64,000 nt of DNA. It comes from Lytechinus pictus. Taxonomy: Eukaryota. The stretch lies in NCBI RefSeq assembly GCF_037042905.1, contig NC_087252.1, positions 25,546,001-25,610,000 on the forward strand, written 5' to 3'. The position numbers and the translations under genes were made by a program. The notes under the pieces were generated by a model that ran no database searches, was not told where the DNA came from, and saw only the letters and a list, made by a program, of their open reading frames with translations. Below, piece after piece: positions 13,117 to 26,500 of the stretch. The first letter of the stretch is position 1. Each line of letters starts with the position of its first letter.

Positions 13117-14260
13117 CAGTGCGTCTCAAACAAATATACACTTTAGAAATGGCGGCCAAATAGAAAATATATCACTTTGGGGGGAAAATTCTTATAAATA
13201 TTGAAAGCCAATAAAGTAAACTTTCAAATGACATCAAAAACTTGGAAAGCTATTCATGCTTGAGTGAGCACTACCCACTGAAACAAAGGGTCTGAACATT
13301 AGGATGGGCAGGAATTAGCCTTCCAATTTTTTATAGTTTTGAGAGGCCAGTTCTTTTGAACTTGCAAAGTTGAGGGTGTTGTGATAAATTAATGATCATT
13401 TGTGATTTGGTTGTTTTAGAAAATTTCATAAATTATTAGATTGAAAAATTAATGCACGAGGGAATATGAACTGCATTTTTAGAACAGTATTTTAACTTTA
13501 CCATATGGATCTCATTATGGGGTTCATGGGAGTCAGGAGAATGGTTACACTTCGTAATTCCGAAGGTTCGTAATTCCGAAACACGTAAATTGCCTATACC
13601 TCGATGTTCGTTTATCCGAAAACGTAAAAGGGTTCGTTAATCCGAACATTTGTGGCGTTATTCCAAAGGTTCGTTATTCCAAAGGTTCGATAATCCGAAA
13701 ACGAAATAAGGTTCGTTTATTTCATTTCGTTTTCGGACTAACGAACCTTCGGAATTACGAACCTCATTTCATTTTCGGACTAACGAACCTTCAAAATTAC
13801 GAATCTTCGGAAATACGAGCCTTCGGAATAACGAACATTCGGAATAACGAAGCTTCGGAATTACGAATGTATGCGAGGAGAACAGGAGGTGAGATAAAAT
13901 ATAAGTTGGTGAAGTAGGTTTATGGAATAAGGGTCAACAGAACATTTAGCCCCCCCCCCCACACACACACACACACCTCCCTATCTCTCATTCTCCTGTT
14001 GAGACCGATCGAGACTGATTGCCATTAAATGTACGCATGGTGTCCAGAGCGGACAGTCAATCTAATATTAATTCTAAAAATCAGGGCATCAACTTTCACC
14101 TATCAATCATTTAATCATCAATTTTATTAGTAAACTAGCGTCAATGTGATCAGTCAAACATTCAGCTTTTTCAATAATAATCATAATACAAGTCATAATA
14201 ATCAGTCAATTTCTTAGTAAATCATTCAATAAAATACCATCCAGGAGTGAGACAGAAAGA
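13117..14260. mobile_element. Truncated copy of the 9315-11069 Tc1/mariner-like family (intron 2)
   Basis: Begins ta|cagtgcgtctcaaac...atacactttagaaatggcggcc and is collinear with the reverse complement of ~10250-11069; the other TIR is missing. Confidence 0.7.
13543..13875. mobile_element. Small foldback-type element with inverted arrays of 16-bp subrepeats
   Basis: ttccgaaggttcgtaa units facing ttacgaaccttcggaa units; near-perfect 8-bp TSD AGGAGAAT/AGGAGAAC; a second copy lies at 53677-54152. Confidence 0.8.
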
Positions 14261-14276
14261 GAGAGAGGGAGAGGGG

Positions 14277-15105
14277 GTTGTTACACCCACAAATGTAATA
14301 ATCGCCCACAAATGTGATAACGCCCACAAATGTAATAACACTTTACCCACAAATGTAATAACGCCCACAAATTTAATAACACTTTACCCACAAATGTAAT
14401 AATTTCACCCACAAATGTAATAATGACTTTACCCACAAATGTAATAAATTTGAAGGGATTTTTGACGAACCCGTTCTAAACTAAAATCCTATAGTAATAC
14501 GTTCATATAGCACAAAAGCGCAAAGTCTCTTTTCCAGACCCGGTTAATTCAAAAATTATAATATAAGTCCAAAGTCTTTTTTTTCCAGACCCGGTTGTTT
14601 CAAAAATAATAATATAAGTCCAAAGTCTGTTTTCCAGACCCGGTTGTTTAAAAAATTATAGTACAAGTCCAAAGTCTTTTTTCCAGACCCGGTTATATAA
14701 AAAATTATAATATGAGTCCAAACTAAGATACGATAATGATATTCCAGTGGAATGAAAATGAGAATCGAGCTTAGTCTTTTCTCCAGACCCAGTTAATTAA
14801 AACTGGTAGAATTTATGTCTTTGTTGTTGTTTTAACTTATATGATGCGTATTGTGAATATAAGCGCTAAGAGTAAATTGAGAATCAAGCGTAGTCTTTTC
14901 TCCAGACCCGGTTATTTAAAACTAAAAACTAAAACTGTATAGCAATGCGTTCATATAGCACAAAAGTGCAAAGTCTTCTTTCCAGACCCGGTTATTTAAA
15001 AAATTATAAAATAAGTCCAAAGTCTTTTTTTCAGACCCGGTTATTTCAAAAATTATAATATAAGTCCAAACTAAGATGCCATAATGATATTCCAGGGGAA
15101 TGAAG
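14277..15105. repeat. Compound minisatellite: CCCACAAATGTAATAA units, then ~48-bp TTCCAGACCCGG units; probable single arm of a foldback-type element
   Basis: About 8 cccacaaatgtaataa units (14285-14445), then repeated aagtccaaagtctttttccagacccggttatt units. Confidence 0.65.
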
Positions 15106-15262
15106 ATCTGGTAATAAATAAATTCAGTTCATTGTTCCATGGCCTTGATGCCAAGATCATCTTAAAGTCCATTGAGCTCCCAGAGTTATATTAAAAAAAA
15201 AGTTTACAGTAATATCTTTCTAATCTACGAGAAAAAGGACAGATATGGTGAAGAATTCTTAC

Positions 15263-15610
15263 CATATAAACTGACATCTGTAAAGCTGTGTATGATGTTC
15301 CCCTTGTAGTTCGCAACTCTGCAGATGTATCGACCTCTCTCTGCAAAACCAACCCTTTTAATGACCAAGGAACGATTTTCATTCATCTCCATGATCTCAC
15401 ATACCCGTTGACCTTCACATTTACCGGTGACGTCATCAGTTGGCATCCATGAGACAAGGTTTGGTGATCGTGTTGGGTCATTTCCTTTCTTCCAGTAGAC
15501 AGCCAATGGTGAACCTCGAAACCGACATGTCAGGACTGCTCTGTCTCCTATTCTTACATATTTTTGTAACTCAGTGTAGACAACATCATCAGGAACACCA
15601 CCGTGTATCC
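15263..15610 (-). CDS. Ig-superfamily receptor exon 2: V-type Ig domain
   Basis: Acceptor tgccatttag, donor G|gtaaga, 348 nt, phase 1-1. Canonical Ig pattern: AVLTC, VYWKK, SLVI, ERGRYIC. Confidence 0.88.
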
Positions 15611-16971
15611 CTAAATGGCACAGATACAGTGTGAGGTCATTCAAATTTAATAAATCTGCATCTTGCTTTCAATATTCTTAGTCTTGTCTCTTTTCAATCT
15701 ATTGAACATGTTGAAGCATACATGAAATTTCAATCAATCTACAAATACTTTTTAAAAAAATCAAAGTTTAATATATTATAAGAATATAGGAGAATATTTC
15801 TGTTATATATAAAGTGCTGAAACTTTTTTTGTTGGTATTCAACCACTTTTAAAGCATGTAATCAAGAGCATTGCGATAAAGAAAAGGGTAAGAAAAATAA
15901 TACCATAATATTTTTATAAATGCCTCAGCTATCTAAAATATATACAATGACAGAATTAAAGGAAATCATATTCATCATATAAATTCAAACATTCACAAGA
16001 GTTCATTTCTGAAGATTATGTACTCGTGAGAGATGTAATTGTTAGCGCTTAAAAAAATAATTTAGAATGATTGATGACAACAATAGTAGACGCTAAGATT
16101 TCTGCAATAGGGACTTTCAAAATCATTTTGAAAATGATGAAAAAACGGGGGGAAGGAAAGAGAGAAAAGAGGAAAACGAGGGAGAAAGGAAAAAGAAACG
16201 TAGTGGGGGAAGAAGAAATTATTGTAACTTTTTGTAACATGAATTTGCTTAGGTACAAATCATTCCTGATGTTTGCATTGTCTGTTTAATGAGATACACT
16301 GTATATAATCCTGTTGTACTGAAATATATTCCGTTTTCAAGTCAATATACACCAAAAATATTTCCTCGCACTTCGAGTTATTGTTTTATGTAGTAACATA
16401 AACTTCTTTTTCATGACTACTTAAAATGATTGCCCCCTTTATGGTCTGAATATCAAACAATTTCAGCTCGCGCTTTGCACTCACTTCATTTGGTCAATGA
16501 AATGCAAACAAGCCTAAAAATGCTCCTCTTCGAGTCTGAATTTCAAAAATTTTAAGCTAGCCCTTCGTGCTCGCAATATTTGTGAGATACGTATATTCAT
16601 GATTACAATGACTATACCATAGTGAGATATGTATGCACTTCATGAATTGCTACCAAAATAGTTCTTCAATGTCCCTGTTTGGGGTAAATATATACACAAA
16701 TTTGAGCTTGCGCTTCGCGTTCGCATTTTTTGTTTTCTGAGACAGGTACGTAATCATGATTTTTGTAATGCTTATAATATCCCTTTTTAGGCCTGAATCT
16801 CAAAAATTGTCAGCTCGCGCTTCGCGCTCGCATTATTTTTTGAGCAGTATGGTCACTATCCCTTAAATGGCACAGTCCTTAAAATGTCTCCATATAGAAT
16901 ATATATATATATATATATATAATGAGATGAGGCGAGGCCAACTCAACAGATGACGCAGGACACCATTATTT

Positions 16972-17011
16972 GCTTTAGCTTTCGTCTTTTAATTGAGACT
17001 TCGTCAGAAGC
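16972..17011 (-). ncRNA. Minimal type-I hammerhead ribozyme motif (sense to the Ig gene pre-mRNA)
   Basis: Exact reverse complement of the 17198-17237 motif. Confidence 0.6.
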
Positions 17012-17197
17012 GTCTGTAATTACAGACTATTGTGATAGTTAAGTGTGACCGTATCCTATCTCGTTTATTAGGAAAATAATAAACGAGATAGGATACGGTC
17101 ATACTTAACGAGATAGGATAAACGAGATAACGAGATACTAATAAACGAGATAGGACACGGTCATACTTAACTTTCACAATAGTCTGTAATTACAGAC

Positions 17198-17237
17198 GCT
17201 TCTGACGAAGTCTCAATTAAAAGACGAAAGCTAAAGC
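17198..17237 (+). ncRNA. Minimal type-I hammerhead ribozyme motif
   Basis: GCUU (stem I), CUGACGA core, extra A, stem II GUCU/caauuaaa/AGAC, GAA, palindromic AGCU (stem III), A (cleavage base), AAGC (stem I'). Confidence 0.6.
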
Positions 17238-17340
17238 AAATAATGGTGTCCTGCGTCATCTGTTGAGTTGGCCTCGCCTCATCTCATTATGTTTAATATT
17301 CACAACTCAACAGCGATTGGTAGAAGTAAACTTATCATCA

Positions 17341-17392
<52 letters not shown>

Positions 17393-17404
17393 ATGTAGGC
17401 CTAT

Positions 17405-17451
<47 letters not shown>

Positions 17452-17531
17452 TAGGTCAGTATACCTGGCAATTGAGCGCACCCACTTGGTAACTGAACAT
17501 GTTTGCTAACCACCCATGCCGTAACACACGG

Positions 17532-18355
17532 TAGGAGAGTGGGGCTAATCCACCCCAGGGGCAAGTCCGCCCACCACGTGATTCTCCCCTTTTACCGCAA
17601 TTGAATGTAAGTTTTGTTGATTAAGTTATGTCAACCTATCCAAAGGTAGCAACATAGCTTGGCGAGAGGTCATCTTCTCGGAATTCCAGAAATTTACGGC
17701 GGCAAGTCCCTTTCGAGGCCATTTTGTAAAAAAAACATTTTTTTTTTCAAATTTCTTGTATTTTTTATAGATTCTCATGAAAGCAATTATGATATTTTTT
17801 GTAAGGTGTGATATTTGCTAACTAAAATATGCCTTTGATAATTTAACCTATGTTGTACATCTTGCAAAAACAAGAGAAAAGACAATGACTTCCCATGGGG
17901 GGGGGCTATTGCGACTGGGCAGGTCTGCCCTACTGTATCTACAGTACATATAGACCCATAGGCCTACGAAAATATCTTCATATAAGCATGACATGCAAAT
18001 ATGTCGGTAGGTCCTATATGTGGTAAATCGTGATAACTTTTCATAGCTTATACAACTTGAAGTTGTTGTTCCAATATAAAAAAAGGATGGTGCCTTTGAA
18101 CACATCATTTTGTTTCATATAAAAATGTTTTTCCCCTATGGGCGAACTTGCACCATGGTGAGGCAGGTTCGCAATGCAGTGAAAAAAAAATTTACAGCCC
18201 AATTTTTGTCAAAACCGTATCATGTCCTCGCCAAACATAAGGTATAAGGTAAATATTACCTAGACCTTTATATATGCTAAATTTCGACCTTCCTGAATGA
18301 CGATTCTAGAAGAGCTTGAAGAAAAATGGGGGCAGACTCGCCCCGCTCTCCCCTA
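17532..18355. mobile_element. MITE with imperfect TIRs (intron 1)
   Basis: taggagagtggggc... vs ...gccccgctctccccta. Confidence 0.55.
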
Positions 18356-18679
18356 CGCCACTGTTGATACCGCAACCTGAAACTTGTGAGAGTTTCATAA
18401 AATAGGTCCACGTATTACTAAGTCGTGACATTTCAAAAACTTAATCTTCAATTGGTATAAGGATTTATGGTTGACGACGCTGATGCCCTCCGACAGGAAA
18501 CAACTTTGTCTCGCTTCTGCTATGCAGACGAAAAAAAAAACAGTTCCCTTACCCGTATAGTGGAAAGTAATGAATATAAGCACTATCAAACACTATTAAA
18601 AAACCTTTCTAACATAAGCATAATCAAACAATACTACATGACATTTTATCATAGCATGTTAAAAACCTATAATACTAAC

Positions 18680-18755
18680 CTGTAAAGAACATGAAGAAGT
18701 AAACGTTGAAAACAGATAATATCCAGAGAACCAGTTTTCTTTTGGGAACCGCCAT
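18680..18755 (-). CDS. Ig-superfamily receptor exon 1: start codon and signal peptide
   Basis: aagATGG context; MAVPKRKLVLWILSVFNVYFFMFFT, then G|gttagt donor in phase 1; joins exon 2 in frame (…FFTGIHGGVPDD). Confidence 0.82.
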
Positions 18756-18963
18756 CTTCAACTACGCGGCATTGTGAGCCATGTGACATATCTATAGTAT
18801 AAAGCTGCATTTCATTTGAATCAGTGCATGAATACACAGATATCAATGTTTACATTATGATTTATGAGATATGTATCTAAAATCATAAATCTATGTAAAC
18901 TGCATATTTCAAACAAACTTTGATAAAGTTAATGATTGCCTGTTTGACATGTTGCCAGGTATA

Positions 18964-19921
18964 CAGTGCGTATAAAAAAAGTCCACACCAAGAAATCAAT
19001 TTGTAAAATTATATATACATGATATTCTGAAGATTTTTCCACATTTAAACATTGGTACAGTTCTCTTTAAGCAAATGTTGATATAACTGTCGAAAAAATC
19101 CGCTTGAGTGAGCACCACTTACTTTTGAAAAGTTCGTGAAAAATGTGATTTTCGCAGAACTCGGAAATAGTTATATGAATAAAAGTAGACGATGATCATG
19201 AACACATGGAATTTAGCGAGGAAGATTGATAAGAAGATATTTTTTACATTTTCTTTGCCCAAAACACTTCATAGAACGTCAGTGCACTGCACCCCCATTC
19301 CCACACACCAAGGCCATGATCGTGATGATATCTGCTATATACAATGAGCATCTCATGGTCTAGGCATTCTTTCCTTCTGTTAATCCTTGTCAAGATGGGG
19401 AAAAGTGTGGAGAAACAAGTATTAAATGAAATATGAAAATGTAAACCGCTTTGAATGAAGAAAACTTAGTGAAAATATGCTGGAGATGTCTGAAACATTC
19501 AGTTATGTCCTCAGATGAGGCTGGCACAAAGAAGGGTAAAGGTTGAGCTTGCCGAGGGTTAAAATGTTAATTTGGGTGGCAAAGTTGTTTAAAAAATGTT
19601 GAAATGTATCTGTTTTAATTCAATTGGCTAGCAATATAATATAAATGTATCAGAAATGTACCGCACGCTCAGTTTGTTTTTTACTTTTTCCTTGACCCAT
19701 CGTAAAAATGAGCATTTCTGCATAAACCAATTTCTCACGTGTGAGCTTTACAAAAATGGAGTGCTCAATCAAGTGTAACATTCTGTCTAAATTTTTACTT
19801 TCATTTAATAGATGAGACCCTCACCCAAGAACATAATTATGTGAAGAAATTATCCCCATGTTGTTACTTTTCAATTCCCATGACTTTTTCAAACTATACA
19901 AACTTTTCTTGATACACACTG
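18964..19921. mobile_element. Tc1/mariner-like MITE ~200 bp upstream of the Ig gene ATG
   Basis: ta|cagtgcgtataaaaaaaagt ... acttttcttgatacacactg|ta. Confidence 0.7.
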
Positions 19922-20153
19922 TATATCCGAGAACTGTGCTCAAGCACATGAATGTGAATGAATGCCAGAACGTTCACTACATCCATGTACATTGTGCACC
20001 TTCGTCATTTCAAATACACAAATTTTTTTTCCCCATTGGGAAGGAAGACGCCCCTTTTACCAAATGGTATCAGCTCGCATTCTGTGCTTCCATCGTTTTG
20101 TTTAATAAGATATGATTATACGGTTCAGGATTTACAATGTAATTCACACTTAA

Positions 20154-20536
20154 AGGTAAATGCTAGTTTTGGTAACGATATCAAAATGAGTTCGTACAGA
20201 ATCCAATGAAATGACCACCAAAGTGTCTGTTTGTATAAATAAAACGCATGTGCCAAAGGATTCTGGAAGAAATTGTGTAATTGCTGAGAAATCAGCAAAT
20301 AAGCACAGAATTCGGGCCCGACGCTCAAAGCAATAATTATACACTGTCCCACGTGCGCTTATCTGTGTTGGGGAAGTTCAGTCTGAACATTTTTCAGCGT
20401 AGATTTCAAGATTTCACAAAGTTCAGTTTATGTAACTGTACCAGATCTAGATCCTCGATGATATACTGACAATTAAGCCTGGTTTTACAGACTTTCTCAT
20501 GAAATCAGTGTTTACTGCAACTACTGGAATTTCTCT
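20154..20536. mobile_element. Kolobok-like MITE (TTAA TSD)
   Basis: ttaa|aggtaaatgctagt ... actggaatttctct|ttaa; imperfect TIRs starting with AG. Confidence 0.6.
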
Positions 20537-23500
20537 TTAAAATAAATTAAACAATGCTGTTTAGTATGTGAATCGCACAGCAGTTGTTTAGAGTTTAAAT
20601 AAGTGTTTAAAATCGTCAACAACCATGCTTAAATTATTGATAATTAAATATTTTAATTTACACTTTATTGTTTAGGATTTTAAACACTTGTTTAAAATAT
20701 TTAAAACAAGGCAAACGCAAAGCGTTGTCTCGCCTGCATATTGCAGTCATGAAGAGACTGCATGTCAAAACTACATGTATGCTATATGACTTAGATGGAC
20801 CTCTGTTACGAGTTTGGCGATCCCACCTCGAAGCTATAGAAAGTTATTGTGTGTACAACACAGCAGTGCCAGTCATGAAAAGTTAATTGACCTTTGACCT
20901 TAATCAAATTCAACTCACATTCGAACTTGACCTGCACCTTCAAGAGATGGACCTCTTGTTTGAATTTGGCAATCCTACCTCAAAAGTTATAAAAAGTTAT
21001 TATGTGTACAACAAAGCACAGTGCCAGTCATGGAAAGTTCATTGACCTTTGACCTTAATCAAATTCAACTCATATTTGAACTTGACCTGCACCTTCAAAA
21101 GATGGACCTCTTGTATGAATTTGGCAATCCTAAGTCGAAGATAAAGAAAGTTATTGTGTGTACAGCACAGCACAGTGCCAGTCATGGAAAGTTCATTGAC
21201 CTTTGACCTTATTCAAATTCGGCTCACATTTGAACTTGGCCTGCACCTTCAAGAGATGGACCTCTTGAATGAATTTGGCGATCTCACCTCGAAGCTATAG
21301 AAAGTTATTGTGTGTACAACACAGCACAGTGCCAGTCATGGAAAGTTCATTGACCTTTGACCTTATTCAAATTCGACTCATATTCGAACTTGACCTGTGC
21401 CTTCAGGAGATGAACCTCTGGTATGAATTTGGTGATCCCACCTCGATAGAAAGTTATTATGTGTACAACAAAGCACAGTGCCAGTCATGGAAAAATCATT
21501 GACCTTTGACCTTATTCAAATTCGACTCATATTCGAACTTGACCTGTGCCTTCAGGAGATGGACATCTGGTATGAATTTGGTGATCCCACCTCGAAGATA
21601 TAGAAAGTTATTATGTGTACAACACAGCACAGTGCCAGTCATGGAAAGTTCATTGACCTTTGACCTTAATCAAGTTCAACTCACATTCCCGACGCTCAAA
21701 GCAATAATTATACACTGTCCCACGTGCGCTTATCTGTGTTGGGGAAGTTCAGTCTGAACATTTTTCAGCGTAGATTTCAAGATTTCACAAAGTTCAGTTT
21801 ATGTAACTGTACCCGATCTAGATCCTCGATGATATACTGACAATTAAGCCTGGTTTTACAGACTTTCTCATGAAATCAGTGTTTACTGCAACTACTGGAA
21901 TTTCTCTTTAAAATAAATTAAACAATGCTGTTAATTAGTATGTGAATCGCACAGCAGTTGTTTAGAGTTTAAATAAGTGTTTAAAATCGTCAACAACCAT
22001 GCTTAAATTATTGATAATTAAATATTTTAATTTACACTTTATTGTTTAGGATTTTAAACACTTGTTTAAAATATTTAAAACAAGGCAAACGCCAAGCGTT
22101 GTCTCGCCTGCATATTGCAGTCATGAAGAGACTGCATGTCAAAACTACATGTATGCTATATGACTTAGATGGACCTCTGTTACGAGTTTGGCGATCCCAC
22201 CTCGAAGCTATAGAAAGTTATTGTGTGTACAACACAGCAGTGCCAGTCATGAAAAGTTAATTGACCTTTGACCTTAATCAAATTCAACTCACATTCGAAC
22301 TTGACCTGCACCTTCAAGAGATGGACCTCTTGTTTGAATTTGGCAATCCTACCTCAAAAGTTATAAAAAGTTATTATGTGTACAACAAAGCACAGTGCCA
22401 GTCATGGAAAGTTCATTGACCTTTGACCTTAATCAAATTCAACTCATATTTGAACTTGACCTGCACCTTCAAAAGATGGACCTCTTGTATGAATTTGGCA
22501 ATCCTAAGTCGAAGATAAAGAAAGTTATTGTGTGTACAGCACAGCACAGTGCCAGTCATGGAAAGTTCATTGACCTTTGACCTTATTCAAATTCGGCTCA
22601 CATTTGAACTTGGCCTGCACCTTCAAGAGATGGACCTCTTGAATGAATTTGGCGATCTCACCTCGAAGCTATAGAAAGTTATTGTGTGTACAACACAGCA
22701 CAGTGCCAGTCATGGAAAGTTCATTGACCTTTGACCTTATTCAAATTCGACTCATATTCGAACTTGACCTGTGCCTTCAGGAGATGAACCTCTGGTATGA
22801 ATTTGGTGATCCCACCTCGATAGAAAGTTATTATGTGTACAACAAAGCACAGTGCCAGTCATGGAAAAATCATTGACCTTTGACCTTATTCAAATTCGAC
22901 TCATATTCGAACTTGACCTGTGCCTTCAGGAGATGGACATCTGGTATGAATTTGGTGATCCCACCTCGAAGATATAGAAAGTTATTATGTGTACAACACA
23001 GCACAGTGCCAGTCATGGAAAGTTCATTGACCTTTGACCTTAATCAAGTTCAACTCACATTCCCGACGCTCAAAGCAATAATTATACACTGTCCCACGTG
23101 CGCTTATCTGTGTTGGGGAAGTTCAGTCTGAACATTTTTCAGCGTAGATTTCAAGATTTCACAAAGTTCAGTTTATGTAACTGTACCCGATCTAGATCCT
23201 CGATGATATACTGACAATTAAGCCTGGTTTTACAGACTTTCTCATGAAATCAGTGTTTACTGCAACTACTGGAATTTCTCTTTAAAATAAATTAAACAAT
23301 GCTGTTAATTAGTATGTGAATCGCACAGCAGTTGTTTAGAGTTTAAATAAGTGTTTAAAATCGTCAACAACCATGCTTAAATTATTGATAATTAAATATT
23401 TTAATTTACACTTTATTGTTTAGGATTTTAAACACTTGTTTAAAATATTTAAAACAAGGCAAACGCCAAGCGTTGTCTCGCCTGCATATTGCAGTCATGA

Positions 23501-26500
23501 AGAGACTGCATGTCAAAACTACATGTATGCTATATGACTTAGATGGACCTCTGTTACGAGTTTGGCGATCCCACCTCGAAGCTATAGAAAGTTATTGTGT
23601 GTACAACACAGCAGTGCCAGTCATGAAAAGTTAATTGACCTTTGACCTTAATCAAATTCAACTCACATTCGAACTTGACCTGCACCTTCAAGAGATGGAC
23701 CTCTTGTTTGAATTTGGCAATCCTACCTCAAAAGTTATAAAAAGTTATTATGTGTACAACAAAGCACAGTGCCAGTCATGGAAAGTTCATTGACCTTTGA
23801 CCTTAATCAAATTCAACTCATATTTGAACTTGACCTGCACCTTCAAAAGATGGACCTCTTGTATGAATTTGGCAATCCTAAGTCGAAGATAAAGAAAGTT
23901 ATTGTGTGTACAGCACAGCACAGTGCCAGTCATGGAAAGTTCATTGACCTTTGACCTTATTCAAATTCGGCTCACATTTGAACTTGGCCTGCACCTTCAA
24001 GAGATGGACCTCTTGAATGAATTTGGCGATCTCACCTCGAAGCTATAGAAAGTTATTGTGTGTACAACACAGCACAGTGCCAGTCATGGAAAGTTCATTG
24101 ACCTTTGACCTTATTCAAATTCGACTCATATTCGAACTTGACCTGTGCCTTCAGGAGATGAACCTCTGGTATGAATTTGGTGATCCCACCTCGATAGAAA
24201 GTTATTATGTGTACAACAAAGCACAGTGCCAGTCATGGAAAAATCATTGACCTTTGACCTTATTCAAATTCGACTCATATTCGAACTTGACCTGTGCCTT
24301 CAGGAGATGGACATCTGGTATGAATTTGGTGATCCCACCTCGAAGATATAGAAAGTTATTATGTGTACAACACAGCACAGTGCCAGTCATGGAAAGTTCA
24401 TTGACCTTTGACCTTAATCAAGTTCAACTCACATTCCCGACGCTCAAAGCAATAATTATACACTGTCCCACGTGCGCTTATCTGTGTTGGGGAAGTTCAG
24501 TCTGAACATTTTTCAGCGTAGATTTCAAGATTTCACAAAGTTCAGTTTATGTAACTGTACCCGATCTAGATCCTCGATGATATACTGACAATTAAGCCTG
24601 GTTTTACAGACTTTCTCATGAAATCAGTGTTTACTGCAACTACTGGAATTTCTCTTTAAAATAAATTAAACAATGCTGTTAATTAGTATGTGAATCGCAC
24701 AGCAGTTGTTTAGAGTTTAAATAAGTGTTTAAAATCGTCAACAACCATGCTTAAATTATTGATAATTAAATATTTTAATTTACACTTTATTGTTTAGGAT
24801 TTTAAACACTTGTTTAAAATATTTAAAACAAGGCAAACGCCAAGCGTTGTCTCGCCTGCATATTGCAGTCATGAAGAGACTGCATGTCAAAACTACATGT
24901 ATGCTATATGACTTAGATGGACCTCTGTTACGAGTTTGGCGATCCCACCTCGAAGCTATAGAAAGTTATTGTGTGTACAACACAGCAGTGCCAGTCATGA
25001 AAAGTTAATTGACCTTTGACCTTAATCAAATTCAACTCACATTCGAACTTGACCTGCACCTTCAAGAGATGGACCTCTTGTTTGAATTTGGCAATCCTAC
25101 CTCGAAAGTTATAAAAAGTTATTATGTGTACAACAAAGCACAGTGCCAGTCATGGAAAGTTCATTGACCTTTGACCTTAATCAAATTCAACTCATATTTG
25201 AACTTGACCTGCACCTTCAAAAGATGGACCTCTTGTATGAATTTGGCAATCCTAAGTCGAAGATAAAGAAAGTTATTGTGTGTACAGCACAGCACAGTGC
25301 CAGTCATGGAAAGTTCATTGACCTTTGACCTTATTCAAATTCGGCTCACATTTGAACTTGGCCTGCACCTTCAAGAGATGGACCTCTTGGATGAATTTGG
25401 CGATCTCACCTCGAAGCTATAGAAAGTTATTGTGTGTACAACACAGCACAGTGCCAGTCATGGAAAGTTCATTGACCTTTGACCTTATTCAAATTCGACT
25501 CATATTCGAACTTGACCTGTGCCTTCAGGAGATGAACCTCTGGTATGAATTTGGTGATCCCACCTCGATAGAAAGGTATTATGTGTACAACAAAGCACAG
25601 TGCCAGTCATGGAAAAATCATTGACCTTTGACCTTATTCAAATTCGACTCATATTCGAACTTGACCTGTGCCTTCAGGAGATGGACCTCCGGTATGAATT
25701 TGGTGATCCCACCTCGAAGATATAGAAAGTTATTATGTGTACAACACAGCACAGTGCCAGTCATGGAAAGTTCATTGACCTTTGACCTTAATCAAATTCA
25801 ACTCACATTCCCGACGCTCAAAGCAATAATTATACACTGTCCCACGTGCGCTTATCTGTGTTGGGGAAGTTCAGTCTGAACATTTTTCAGCGTAGATTTC
25901 AAGATTTCACAAAGTTCAGTTTATGTAACTGTACCAGATCTAGATCCTCGATGATATACTGACAATTAAGCCTGGTTTTACAGACTTTCTCATGAAATCA
26001 GTGTTTACTGCAACTACTGGAATTTCTCTTTAAAATAAATTAAAAAATGCTGTTAATTAGTATGTGAATCGCACAGCAGTTGTTTAGAGTTTAAATAAGT
26101 GTTTAAAATCGTCAACAACCATGCTTAAATTATTGATAATTAAATATTTTAATTTACACTTTATTGTTTAGGATTTTAAACACTTGTTTAAAATATTTAA
26201 AACAAGGCAAACGCAAAGCGTTGTCTCGCCTGCATATTGCAGTCATGAAGAGACTGCATGTCAAAACTACATGTATGCTATATGACTTAGATGGACCTCT
26301 GTTACGAGTTTGGCGATCCCACCTCGAAGCTATAGAAAGTTATTGTGTGTACAACACAGCAGTGCCAGTCATGAAAAGTTAATTGACCTTTGACCTTAAT
26401 CAAATTCAACTCACATTCGAACTTGACCTGCACCTTCAAGAGATGGACCTCTTGTTTGAATTTGGCAATCCTACCTCAAAAGTTATAAAAAGTTATTATG

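Larger units (their letters stand above)
16920..17345. mobile_element. Penelope-like element remnant: ~150-bp near-perfect inverted repeat between (TA)n tracts
   Basis: 16920-17070 is the reverse complement of ~17139-17290; each arm holds a hammerhead-like motif; (TA)n flanks at ~16899-16920 and 17344-17450. Confidence 0.65.

Noticed and set aside
18790..18810. TATA box for the Ig gene
   Set aside because: Only a weak TTTATACTATAG on the minus strand, and the TSS is unknown.
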